Source of the DNA: a bacterium
Lineage (GTDB): Bacteria > Patescibacteriota > Minisyncoccia > Phycocordibacterales > UBA6899
DNA: 64,000 nt
Reading direction: 5' to 3'
NCBI GenBank assembly: GCA_021851895.1
Contig: JAJZQJ010000002.1
Span: 5,046 to 69,045, forward strand
In this document: in pieces, positions 9,501-17,656 of the stretch
How positions within the stretch are numbered: the first letter of the stretch is position 1
Layout of the letters: each line of letters begins with the position of its first letter
The notes under the pieces: model-generated
Told to the model about the DNA's origin: nothing
The model's input: only the letters and a program-made list of their open reading frames with translations
Databases searched by the model: none
Program-made: the position numbers and the translations under genes

Positions 9501-10028
9501 TTGCTGACCGTATCGTATAATAGTGCTATCATCCTTTATATGAATACATTCTTCATTTTCGGAGCGAAGTATCTCATCTTTCTACTCGGACTACTTGCGC
9601 TCTACTGGTTTCTTAGGTCTACAAAAGATGACCAACGTAAATTATTTCGATTCGGCGTTGTTTCTCTTCCGATAACATACATATTCGGCACTATTGGGGG
9701 CATGCTCTATAATAATCCGCGTCCGTTCGTTACAGAAGGTATTACGCCGCTGATTGCACATACGGCAAATAATGGTTTTCCATCGGATCATGCGCTTGCA
9801 GCCTTCGCTATTGCAGCAGTGTTCTTTGCTGTCGATCGCAAGAAAGCAACCGTGCTATTCGCGCTCGCAGTGATTGTGGCATTCTCGCGTGTCTTTGTCG
9901 GAGTGCATCACTACCTTGATGTCGAAGCGAGCCTCGTCTTCGTCATTCTTGGATGGCAGTTCACGAGCTTCTTTTTGTCGCGTTTCGGTGATCTCATCTT
10001 TAAAAAGCCGGTCGCTCAGTCGAAGTAA
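9501..10028 (+). CDS. PAP2-family phosphatase (undecaprenyl-diphosphatase-like)
   Basis: PAP2 motifs KX6RP (NNPRPF), PSDH and SRVFVGVHHYLDV. AGGAGG RBS 11 nt before TTG 9501. Alternative ATG at 9540. Confidence 0.75.
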   Translation: MLTVSYNSAIILYMNTFFIFGAKYLIFLLGLLALYWFLRSTKDDQRKLFRFGVVSLPITYIFGTIGGMLYNNPRPFVTEGITPLIAHTANNGFPSDHALAAFAIAAVFFAVDRKKATVLFALAVIVAFSRVFVGVHHYLDVEASLVFVILGWQFTSFFLSRFGDLIFKKPVAQSK

Positions 10029-10030
10029 AT

Positions 10031-10052
10031 AAAAGACCCATAGGGGTCTTTT
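10031..10052. terminator. bidirectional intrinsic terminator between PAP2 (+) and HK (-)
   Basis: AAAAGACCC-ATAG-GGGTCTTTT. Confidence 0.6.
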
Positions 10053-11727
10053 ATTCTATGAGTGTGACTTCGCCAGAGCGTGGCTCCATGCCTTCAAGGG
10101 GTATGCTGACGGAGAATGTCGTCCCTTTACCTTCTTCACTCTCGAACCAGATCTTACCGCCCCAGTCTGAGGCAAGTGTTTTTGCGAAAGAAAGTCCGAG
10201 GCCTGAACCATCTGGTGATGCGATGATCGCTTTTTCGGAACGGAAGAACTTTTCGAAGACACGCTTGCGTTCCTCTTGTGCAATGCCTATGCCGTGATCG
10301 GTCACATGAACTACTGCAGTGTCGTCGCTACGTTCAAGCGCTACATTGATCGTGTCTCCTGGGGCACCATAGAGCTGTGCATTCATAAGAAGATTCAAGA
10401 ATACCTCCCGTGCATAGTCGGGGTCCAACGTGATCATCGGAATAGTATCTCCTGCAATATGCACGGTCTGTTTTTTATTGTTGAGGCGGGGGAGGAGTTC
10501 GGTGACTGCATGTTCGATAACCGTCTTTATGTCGAGAGGAACAGGATTGATGCTGACGCGATTCGTTTCAACACGTGCGGTGCGAAGGAGAAAGTTCACG
10601 AGATTGGTCATCTGCGCGAGACTTGTCTCGATTTGCGAGACATATTGCTGCTGTGAGGTATTCAGTGTTCCTGCGTCGCCGCTTTGAAGCATCTCAATGA
10701 ACCAGCGCATCGTCGTGAGCGGGGTTCGCAATTGGTGTGATGCTGTCGATATGAAATTCGCTCGTGCTTCATCGAGTGCGAGATCGTCGCTGATATTACG
10801 AAAGGTGATGATGACGCCTTTGCGTTCTTGCGTTTGCTCATTAATGATCGGTGCTGCGATACTTGAGGCATAAATGATCCTTCCGTCTTTGCGGACACTC
10901 GAGAGCACGGGGAGGTTGACTGTTTTATCGATATTGACGATCGCGTCACGAAATTCCTGAGAGAGCTCATTACCCTCGCGATCACGCAAGTGCAGCGCGT
11001 CAACGGGTTTTTTGTTGAAGAGGTCTTCTTTCTTCTCTCCGGTCATGTTGACCGTAACGTCGTTCACGATCTTAATGAGGCCATTTTCGTCGAGCACGAT
11101 GACACCTTCACCGATGGACGAGACAAGCTGGTGATAGGTTGCGCGTTCTTCCTCTGCAGTCTTTGCATACATGTTCGCGTTCTCGAGTGCTTTCGCGAGA
11201 TCATTAGCCTGCCGCGTGATCTTCTCTTCGGATTCACGTGCATCCTCAAGGAGGTTGAGCATCGCGCGCTTCGTATCCTCAAGCTCTGCAACGGTACCTT
11301 CTTCGGTCATGAGACGTACGCTCGCCTCATCGGGATGCGCGAGATAGAGGATGATGTCTGAAGGGGAGTCAGTGAGCCGCTCTTGATCTGTGTAGTCTCC
11401 GAATGTTGACTCGGTGATCTTGAGTTTTGGAAAATGTCGCTGCTTGTACGAAAGCAGTCCAACAACGTCCTCGCGTTGTTCGTCGTCGGGATACACGATG
11501 ACTTCCTTTTGTCCGTTTTCAGCGGCGAGCGTAAGATAGAGTTCCGCGAGCTTTATATAGGTCGCTCTCGTGTCATCATAGGCGATATGAATGAACGGTG
11601 TATTCGTTTTTGCGAGGAGGCCATGGGAGACCGAAAGCACGCCAACGATCCTCGAGAAGATGGGCATGACGTGGGGAGCGAACGCACCTCCGAAAATGGC
11701 ATGTTTGATGATGATATTTTTCGCCAT
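10051..11727 (-). CDS. sensor histidine kinase (N-terminal KdpD/Usp-like domain, coiled coil, PAS, HisKA, HATPase_c)
   Basis: H-box FISTASHQLRTPLTTM. G boxes (DHGIGIAQEE, GSGLGLSFAK). The start is set at ATG 11725-11727, preceded by TGCTATACT + 9 nt (leaderless pattern). The track start 11766 lies inside the upstream terminator hairpin. Confidence 0.75.
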   Translation of the reverse strand: MAKNIIIKHAIFGGAFAPHVMPIFSRIVGVLSVSHGLLAKTNTPFIHIAYDDTRATYIKLAELYLTLAAENGQKEVIVYPDDEQREDVVGLLSYKQRHFPKLKITESTFGDYTDQERLTDSPSDIILYLAHPDEASVRLMTEEGTVAELEDTKRAMLNLLEDARESEEKITRQANDLAKALENANMYAKTAEEERATYHQLVSSIGEGVIVLDENGLIKIVNDVTVNMTGEKKEDLFNKKPVDALHLRDREGNELSQEFRDAIVNIDKTVNLPVLSSVRKDGRIIYASSIAAPIINEQTQERKGVIITFRNISDDLALDEARANFISTASHQLRTPLTTMRWFIEMLQSGDAGTLNTSQQQYVSQIETSLAQMTNLVNFLLRTARVETNRVSINPVPLDIKTVIEHAVTELLPRLNNKKQTVHIAGDTIPMITLDPDYAREVFLNLLMNAQLYGAPGDTINVALERSDDTAVVHVTDHGIGIAQEERKRVFEKFFRSEKAIIASPDGSGLGLSFAKTLASDWGGKIWFESEEGKGTTFSVSIPLEGMEPRSGEVTLIE

Positions 11728-11754
11728 TACTATACTAGTATAGCATGAGGTGAT

Positions 11755-11785
11755 TAAAAAACGCATCTGAGGATGCGTTTTTTAT
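11755..11785 (-). terminator. intrinsic terminator downstream of the pilin-like gene
   Basis: AACGCATC-TGAG-GATGCGTT flanked by A5/T5. Confidence 0.55.
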
Positions 11786-12309
11786 TAGCAGTGATCGTTT
11801 GGATTCACGTAATTGAGGAAGAATTCATAGTGAGGAAGGGGGAGTGATTCATAGCGAAAGAGACCGGTACCGAGATTGCCGTCATCGTAGAGTTTGTCAT
11901 AGATGACTGCGATATCCGATGGCATTGTGATGCCGATATAGTAATAGTTGCTCGGAGTGGGGTTGCCAGGGGTGCCCGTATAGCCGAGATAGTAGTCTGT
12001 TCCGAATGGGGTCTTTGGCCAAGGATAGTATTCTTCTACGGCGACTTTTTCATGTGCATCGGTCATATCGTTTGCTGCCATATCGCTATCGATGCACGGG
12101 GATATGGTGTGTTGTGTACGATAGGTTTCCACGGCACGCTCAATCTGTGCGAAGTCTGCGCTCATACGCGCGACAAAAGCACGTTCGCGAGCGCGCATGA
12201 GGGCAGCGAGTACGACTGAAGAGAGGAGGGCGATCACTGAAATAACAACGAGAAGCTCTACGAGCGTGAAGCCACGAGATCGATTGCTGTAGGTGGAGGG
12301 CAAACGCAT
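11785..12309 (-). CDS. prepilin-type N-terminal cleavage/methylation domain protein (type IV pilin / pseudopilin-like)
   Basis: Class III signal MRLPSTYSNRSRG|FTLVELLVVISVIALLSSV. The ATG at 12307-12309 is preferred over the track's TTG at 12318, which lies inside the promoter motif. Confidence 0.8.
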   Translation of the reverse strand: MRLPSTYSNRSRGFTLVELLVVISVIALLSSVVLAALMRARERAFVARMSADFAQIERAVETYRTQHTISPCIDSDMAANDMTDAHEKVAVEEYYPWPKTPFGTDYYLGYTGTPGNPTPSNYYYIGITMPSDIAVIYDKLYDDGNLGTGLFRYESLPLPHYEFFLNYVNPNDHC

Positions 12310-12342
12310 GGTATACAAAGTATAGCATGAAATAAATATATG

Positions 12343-12366
12343 AAAAAAGAGGCCCGAAGGCCTCTC
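12343..12366 (-). terminator. intrinsic terminator after the histidine-phosphatase gene
   Basis: AGAGGCC-CGAA-GGCCTCT with a flanking A/T run. Confidence 0.55.
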
Positions 12367-12372
12367 GACTGA

Positions 12373-13260
12373 TCAAAGGATACGCGGATGTTGCTCGATG
12401 AACGCACGCATTTCCTCAGGAGTGCGACAGCTGTGGCGGATTTCGCGCCACGGACCGAACTCGGTCGGGTGCTCTCTGGTCGTTTCGCGAACGCGTTCGA
12501 AGTAGAAGGGGTTGTTCGCCTTCGGGTTGTCTTCGTCGAGTTCATCCACGTGGTAGTGAATGATCGCACCATTATCCGGAATGCGGTCGCGCCAGAGGTA
12601 TTTGCCGTTGGTGTCGAGACTCGTTTTGTTCTCCAAGACGGACATACACGCGAGGATGAAATCTCCATGCGTGACGATGAGCGGGCTCTTGAACTTGCGT
12701 GCATGAACATCGCGCAAGATGTCGCCAGCACGTCCCTGAGTGACGACGAACGGTTCACCATTCGGCGGAACCCAAGTGAAGATGTCTTCGATCATGCGAA
12801 TTTCGATGACCTGTCCATCAGGTAGTCTGAGTTCGCGCGTGATCTCGCCCTCGCGTCGCTTGCGATGTTCCTCAACGAGATCCATATGCTTCCAGCCGGG
12901 CTGCTCGAGGTCGCCCCAGAAACGCTCGCGAATGCGACCGGTGACCTGCCATCCGAGGTAGCGGTCCTCTGGTTTGAAGTAGCCACCCTTTTCGTTGAAG
13001 ATGAGGGCGGTCTCGATGGCGCGGTCCATGTCAGAGCAGTAGCACCAATCGAAGTAGGGGAATTGCGAGCGAAGGAATTCTCCGATCGCAACGCCCATGT
13101 CTGCGCCTTCTTGCGTGAGGCGGTACTGCGGATGGGGGACATGTCGAAGGAGTTCCCCCATGGTGAAGGTGTGGCTCTCCACGATCTCGTGAATCGCTTT
13201 GTTCGCGACAGAGGGAAGATGACGGACGAGGATGAGATCACGAGCAGGACGTTTGCACAT
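12373..13260 (-). CDS. histidine phosphatase superfamily protein (phosphoglycerate-mutase-like), GC-rich gene
   Basis: LILVRH.. near the N-terminus, CYCSDMDRAIETA and a C-terminal IVTHGDFI. AAGGAG RBS 7 nt upstream of the ATG. The RH is followed by L rather than G, so activity is uncertain. Confidence 0.5.
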   Translation of the reverse strand: MCKRPARDLILVRHLPSVANKAIHEIVESHTFTMGELLRHVPHPQYRLTQEGADMGVAIGEFLRSQFPYFDWCYCSDMDRAIETALIFNEKGGYFKPEDRYLGWQVTGRIRERFWGDLEQPGWKHMDLVEEHRKRREGEITRELRLPDGQVIEIRMIEDIFTWVPPNGEPFVVTQGRAGDILRDVHARKFKSPLIVTHGDFILACMSVLENKTSLDTNGKYLWRDRIPDNGAIIHYHVDELDEDNPKANNPFYFERVRETTREHPTEFGPWREIRHSCRTPEEMRAFIEQHPRIL

Positions 13261-13429
13261 ACGTGCGCTCCTTGTAGGGAAGAACGTTATCTACGTTGAA
13301 ACTACCGTAAAATCTTGGAAAAGCAAGCATGTCTCGATCCTATTCTCATTGTCACTTTCGATTGCTGTAGCTACTTTTCCATGCTAGCATCGTTGCAGAA
13401 TAATACTTTTTGTTCCTTGAGGAGGAAAC

Positions 13430-14878
13430 ATGGACAGGAACCGGTTTCTCGCCGATCCAAGGGGTGCCATGCTTGCACTTTTCGGTGCAAGCGAAGCGAA
13501 TATCGTCGCCGTCGTGCGCGATGCGCTTTCGGGCGCCGATGATGGTGAGTTGTTCGTCGAGTGCACTTTTACCCGCGGTATCTCCTTCGAAGGAGGGAAG
13601 GTCGAGTCGCTTTCATACACAGAGAGTGGCGGAATCGGCCTGCGCCGTGTTGTCAAAGAAGCGCAGTATTACGCGTCGGGGAACGAGTTTTCTCTGAGTG
13701 CGGTGCGCGACTTCGGTGCACGACTGCGTGCAGCTTCTGGCGACGGGGAATTCATCGAAGATATCCCTGCTGTGCAAACAAAGCAGCACTATGATGCGGT
13801 GGATGTCTTTGCTCATTCAGTCGAAGAGATCATCGAGCGACTCCGTGCGCTCGACCGTGAGGCGCGTGCATTCACTTTCGAGAAATGCCCGTCGATCACT
13901 GTCGAGGATACAGAGCTCAGCATCGTGTCACAGATGAAGTGCGTGCTCATCGTTCGACCTGACGGATTCGTCGCAAGTGATATTCGTCCGATGTTGCGTT
14001 TCTCCGCTTCTGTGCGTTGCGCCGATGGCGAGAACACTGAGTGGGGAACAGTGCGGCTTGCGGGCCGTCGTTCCTTCGATGACCTGCTGACCAAGGATGT
14101 GCTCTCGCGTACCGCGAGAGAAGCTGCCGAGTTGGCGTATGACCTCATTTTCGCGAAGCCCTGTCCGTCAGGCAGCATGCCTGTTGTGATCGGTAACGGT
14201 TGGGGTGGAGTGCTCGTGCACGAAGCCATCGGGCATGCGCTTGAAGGCGATGCGATCCGAGAAAAGGATTCCGTTTTCGTCGGCAAGCTCGGTACGCAAG
14301 TGGCGAGCCCGATCGTGACCATCGTCGACGATGGCACGCTCTATGGTCTGCGTGGGTCACTCACCTTCGACGACGAAGGCACACCGACTGAGCGTTCGGT
14401 GCTCATCGAGAATGGTATGCTCAAAGCGTTCATGAACGATCGCCTGAGCGCGCGAGTGCTTGGGCTTCCGCAGACGGGGAGCGCGCGGCGTGAGTCGTAT
14501 CGCTTTCCTCCGATCGTGCGCATGCGCAATACGTTCGTCGAGGCTGGCAACGATGACCCCAAGAGCATCATCGCGGATACGGCGTACGGTCTCTATATCA
14601 AAGATTTCTCTGGAGGGCAGGTGGATTCCCGAACAGGGAAGTTTACCTTCACCGCAGACATCGGTTACGTCATCGAAAACGGTGCTCTCGCGCACGCAGT
14701 GCGCGGAGTCACCCTCATCGGTGATTGCAGAGAAGCACTTCTCTATATCGATCGCGTGGGCAATGACCTTGACCACGGGAGCGGTAATTGTGGGAAGTCT
14801 GGTCAATCCGTTCCGGTGTGTGTGGGGCAGCCCACAGTGCGCTTGAACGGTGGTGTCACTGTCGGTGGAACGGTCTGA
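13430..14878 (+). CDS. tldD: TldD metalloprotease
   Basis: 482 aa. HEXXXH motif in VLVHEAIGHALEGD and a conserved TldD C-terminal region. GAGGAGG RBS. Confidence 0.85.
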   Translation: MDRNRFLADPRGAMLALFGASEANIVAVVRDALSGADDGELFVECTFTRGISFEGGKVESLSYTESGGIGLRRVVKEAQYYASGNEFSLSAVRDFGARLRAASGDGEFIEDIPAVQTKQHYDAVDVFAHSVEEIIERLRALDREARAFTFEKCPSITVEDTELSIVSQMKCVLIVRPDGFVASDIRPMLRFSASVRCADGENTEWGTVRLAGRRSFDDLLTKDVLSRTAREAAELAYDLIFAKPCPSGSMPVVIGNGWGGVLVHEAIGHALEGDAIREKDSVFVGKLGTQVASPIVTIVDDGTLYGLRGSLTFDDEGTPTERSVLIENGMLKAFMNDRLSARVLGLPQTGSARRESYRFPPIVRMRNTFVEAGNDDPKSIIADTAYGLYIKDFSGGQVDSRTGKFTFTADIGYVIENGALAHAVRGVTLIGDCREALLYIDRVGNDLDHGSGNCGKSGQSVPVCVGQPTVRLNGGVTVGGTV

Positions 14879-14888
14879 GGAGGATGAG

Positions 14889-16220
14889 ATGGACAAGATG
14901 AACATGATCGCGACCGCGCAAGCTCTCCTCGATGCAGCCAAGCGAGAGGGGGCGAGTGATGCACGTTGCGTCGTCGCCAGTACCCGCAATGAGCGGCTGA
15001 CGATACGCGAGAGCAAGGTCAGTGGATATTCTCCGAAGACAAGCTACAGTCTCGTGCTCACCGTTTTCTGTGGTGATCGGCGTGCGGTCGTCAAAGGCGT
15101 GTCCTCGGATGCGAAGGCGATCGAGACGCTCGCGCGCGAAGGCGTTGCGCTTGCGCGCGTAAGTGGTGCGCATGAGTTCGATGGTGTGCCGGGGCCGGAA
15201 TATTGGCCGTGCACCTCCGAGGAGTTCGATGAATTGCAGGAAGGACTTTCCTGCGTCGACCGCGGACCCATTCCGGATTTCCACGTGCTCAAAGGGTACG
15301 CAGAGGAATTGCACGATCTTTCCCTCGCGAATGAGGGAGTCGTGCGCGTGGAAGTCAGTGTCATTTACCTGAAAAGTGCGCAAGTATTCGCGACGACGGC
15401 GGGCTTCACCGCTTTCGAAGAGGGCTCCACGTGGAGCGTCTTCGCTGAGGTAGTCGGAGACGATAACGGTGAGATCATCGTTGGCGTCGACGGCTCGCGT
15501 GCCTGCACGAGAGCAGCACTTCGCCCATTCAAAGCTGTCGCAGCAAGAGCGTATCACAACATGTGCGAGCGCAGAGGCGCGGTGCGTCCGAAGTCGGACA
15601 CTATCCACGTCATCCTGCGTTCTGATGTTGCAGAGAGAGCCATCGATACGATGATCGATGCACTGGATGCCGATGCGGCATTCCGCAAGAAGACGTATCT
15701 CCTGGGGTCGATCGGCGAACGCTGCATGAGTGAAGCGCTGACGATCACGGATTTCCCGCGCATCAAGTACTCTCCGTTCGCGGGACTCTTCGATAATGAC
15801 GGCGTTGCCACGAAGGATCGTGTGCTTGTCGATCGCGGTGTTCCGACGGGATGGATCGGTGGCTATGAGGAGTGTCGCAGGCTCGGTATCGAACCGACTG
15901 GTAACTCCTCAGGCTGCTCTCAAGTGTTCGTGAATCCTGGCTCGATGAATCTCGATGAGCTCTGCGGAAAGTTTCCCCGCGTGCTCGTCGTGACTGATTT
16001 CTGCGGCAGAGGTTTCGACCCGGAGACTGGAGAGGTTTCTGTGGGTGTCGAAGGATATATTATCGACAAAGGGAAGCGCGAGGTTGTCCATGAGGCGATC
16101 ATCGCCGGCACCTTGCAGGAGATGCTGAAGCAGTGCATCCCCGCGAACGATGTCGATACCGAAGGGCCGATTCACGTCCCCTCACTCTATGTGGGGGAGA
16201 TGCGGCTCTCGGGGGTTTAA
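14889..16220 (+). CDS. pmbA: PmbA/TldE family metalloprotease partner of TldD
   Basis: About 443 aa, PmbA-like throughout. GAGGAGG RBS 5 nt before ATG 14889. The track start 14850 overlaps the tldD end. Confidence 0.8.
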   Translation: MDKMNMIATAQALLDAAKREGASDARCVVASTRNERLTIRESKVSGYSPKTSYSLVLTVFCGDRRAVVKGVSSDAKAIETLAREGVALARVSGAHEFDGVPGPEYWPCTSEEFDELQEGLSCVDRGPIPDFHVLKGYAEELHDLSLANEGVVRVEVSVIYLKSAQVFATTAGFTAFEEGSTWSVFAEVVGDDNGEIIVGVDGSRACTRAALRPFKAVAARAYHNMCERRGAVRPKSDTIHVILRSDVAERAIDTMIDALDADAAFRKKTYLLGSIGERCMSEALTITDFPRIKYSPFAGLFDNDGVATKDRVLVDRGVPTGWIGGYEECRRLGIEPTGNSSGCSQVFVNPGSMNLDELCGKFPRVLVVTDFCGRGFDPETGEVSVGVEGYIIDKGKREVVHEAIIAGTLQEMLKQCIPANDVDTEGPIHVPSLYVGEMRLSGV

Positions 16221-16282
16221 TTGCAAAGCTCGCTACGGCGAGCTTTTTCTATGGCACTCAGATATGGTATACTTTGTATAGT

Positions 16283-16594
16283 ATGCCACAAGTAAGAAAA
16301 GAAAAACGCACGTACGCAGATCGTAGGGAATACCTTAAGCGTGCAGTTTCTGAACGTAGGAGAAAACTGAAGCTCATGCTGATAGAGTATAAGGGTGGAA
16401 AATGTGCCCGTTGTGGATATTTCTCATGCCCTGCGGTTTTTGATTTACATCATCTCGACGAGTCAAAGAAGGATTTTGGTTTTGGGGTAGGGGGTATTAC
16501 TCGATCATGGGATAGACTAAGGACAGAGGCTGACAAATGCATTCTTCTCTGTGCAAATTGTCATAGGGAATTACATGCAGAAAATGCAAGATGA
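16283..16594 (+). CDS. HNH endonuclease (small, free-standing)
   Basis: 103 aa with CARCGY...DLHHLD...N...CANCHRELH (a zinc-finger HNH motif). The ATG at 16283 lies 9 nt downstream of TGGTATACT. The track's upstream extension overlaps pmbA. Confidence 0.75.
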   Translation: MPQVRKEKRTYADRREYLKRAVSERRRKLKLMLIEYKGGKCARCGYFSCPAVFDLHHLDESKKDFGFGVGGITRSWDRLRTEADKCILLCANCHRELHAENAR

Positions 16595-16624
16595 AATAGA
16601 TAAAATTAGGCATTTTATACTACT

Positions 16625-16652
16625 TGCAAACGGCAAACAATTTTGCTATTAT
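16625..16652 (+). promoter_or_regulatory. promoter for the tRNA gene (TTGCAA - 16/17 nt - TGcTATTAT)
   Basis: -35 TTGCAA at 16625-16630 and an extended -10 TGCTATTAT at 16644-16652. Confidence 0.5.
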
Positions 16653-16706
16653 GCTATTCACTCTAAGGCAAGAGCCGCTAATATTCTTAGAGTAATTGAA
16701 ACACAT

Positions 16707-17036
16707 TCCGGTGTAGCTCAGCGGTAGAGCAGTACGCTGTGGCGTTAAACGCAGCCCATTTCAGTAATGAAATGGTGAACAACGAGGTGAATTGCTGGAA
16801 ACCCTAACGAGAAAGACGAGGGCGATCAGCAGCCAAGCTTTGCGAGGAATCGCACTGAAGGTTCAGAGACTATCCGAAAGGAGTACTGAATATGCAAATA
16901 TTTGGGAAGCGCCTCGCACCCCACTCTTATAAAGCCGCAAGGCTTAACGAAGAAGGGTGATGATATAGTCCTCCCACTACGAAAGTAGTGAACATGAGTA
17001 ACGTATTGGTCGCAGGTTCGAATCCTGCCGCCGGAG
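16707..17036 (+). tRNA. tRNA-Asn(GUU) split by a group I intron; exon 1 16707-16740, exon 2 16999-17036
   Basis: Acceptor stem TCCGGTG/CGCCGGA (one G-U pair); D arm GCTC-AGCGGTA-GAGC; anticodon stem GTACG/CGTAT. The spliced anticodon loop is CTGT|TAA, giving anticodon GTT. T arm GCAGG-TTCGAAT-CCTGC, discriminator G73. Confidence 0.7.
16741..16998 (+). ncRNA. group I self-splicing intron (IC3-like, no ORF) inserted between anticodon positions 35/36
   Basis: Conserved R element GTTCAGAGACTA (16861-16872) and S element GATATAGTCC (16961-16970) form P7. P-like AATTGCTGGAAA and Q-like GATCAGCAGCC are present. P1: exon GCUGU pairs with IGS GCAGC, with a terminal U.G. P10: intron CGUUA pairs with 3' exon UAACG. 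The intron ends in G. Confidence 0.7.
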
Positions 17037-17037
17037 C
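17019..17037 (+). repeat. att-like core, copy 1 (inside the tRNA 3' end, from the T-loop to the discriminator)
   Basis: CGAATCCTGCCGCCGGAGC, identical to 17229-17247. Confidence 0.6.
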
Positions 17038-17049
17038 AGAAAACATTAA

Positions 17050-17082
17050 TCCATGAAGCGAAGCTTCATGGATTTTTGTTTT
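17050..17082 (+). terminator. intrinsic terminator after the tRNA
   Basis: TCCATGAAGC-GA-AGCTTCATGGA followed by TTTTTGTTTT. Confidence 0.6.
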
Positions 17083-17228
17083 CCTCCGCCGCAGGATTCG
17101 AAGGGCGGAGGCCGCGAAGCCGGCCGCTGAGGTTCCGACCGAAGCGGTCGACGCCGAGCCCTGGCCCTACCTGCACCCCCTATTTCTCAAGCCGAAGGCG
17201 CTAGAGAAAAACGGAGGTGACAGAGGGG

Positions 17229-17247
17229 CGAATCCTGCCGCCGGAGC
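17229..17247 (+). repeat. att-like core, copy 2 (direct repeat of the tRNA 3' end, 210 bp downstream)
   Basis: 19/19 identity with 17019-17037. The flanks differ, so this is not a full tRNA copy. Confidence 0.6.
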
Positions 17248-17252
17248 CAATC

Positions 17253-17287
17253 AAAAAACGAGACACGAAGGTGCCTCGTTTTTTTGC
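17253..17287. terminator. bidirectional intrinsic terminator
   Basis: AAAAAACGAGACAC-GAAG-GTGCCTCGTTTTTTT. Confidence 0.55.
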
Positions 17288-17327
17288 TTTCACGATAATT
17301 CGAGATAAAGGATCTGTGATAGAGAAC

Positions 17328-17540
17328 CTACTTCTTTGTGAGCTGCATGGAGATGTATGCGAGATACACCGCTGCGATACCAACGAGACCATAGACGATT
17401 CTTGCGATCATCGACATCGCGCCAAAAAGGGTAGCGACGAGATCGAAATCGAACAGGGCGACCAGTCCCCAGTTCAGTCCACCGACAATGACAAGCACGA
17501 TAGCAAGCCAGTCGAGCGTATTGAGTTTGTTCATGTTGTT
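17328..17540 (-). CDS. DUF378-like small membrane protein
   Basis: 70 aa from MNNMNKLN.. onward. WLAIVLVIVGGLNWGLVALF is typical of the DUF378 family. The track's N-terminal extension to 17669 is doubtful. Confidence 0.55.
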   Translation of the reverse strand, partial: NNMNKLNTLDWLAIVLVIVGGLNWGLVALFDFDLVATLFGAMSMIARIVYGLVGIAAVYLAYISMQLTKK

Positions 17541-17656
17541 CATTATTAATGCACGAGTGCGCTCTTCGACCACATGCGCATTAGTATGATTATAACACGA
17601 AAGTATAGTATGGTAATATAATGATATCGTTAACATGGTATTAACATAGAGATCGT

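Noticed and set aside
16133-16282. N-terminal 50-aa extension of the HNH ORF
   Set aside because: It overlaps the pmbA 3' end in another frame. The HNH domain begins at Met 16283, directly behind a promoter motif.
17082-17250. tmRNA or second tRNA downstream of tRNA-Asn
   Set aside because: Only the 19-nt 3' segment is tRNA-like. There is no intact T stem or acceptor pairing, no tag reading frame, and the region is too short for tmRNA.
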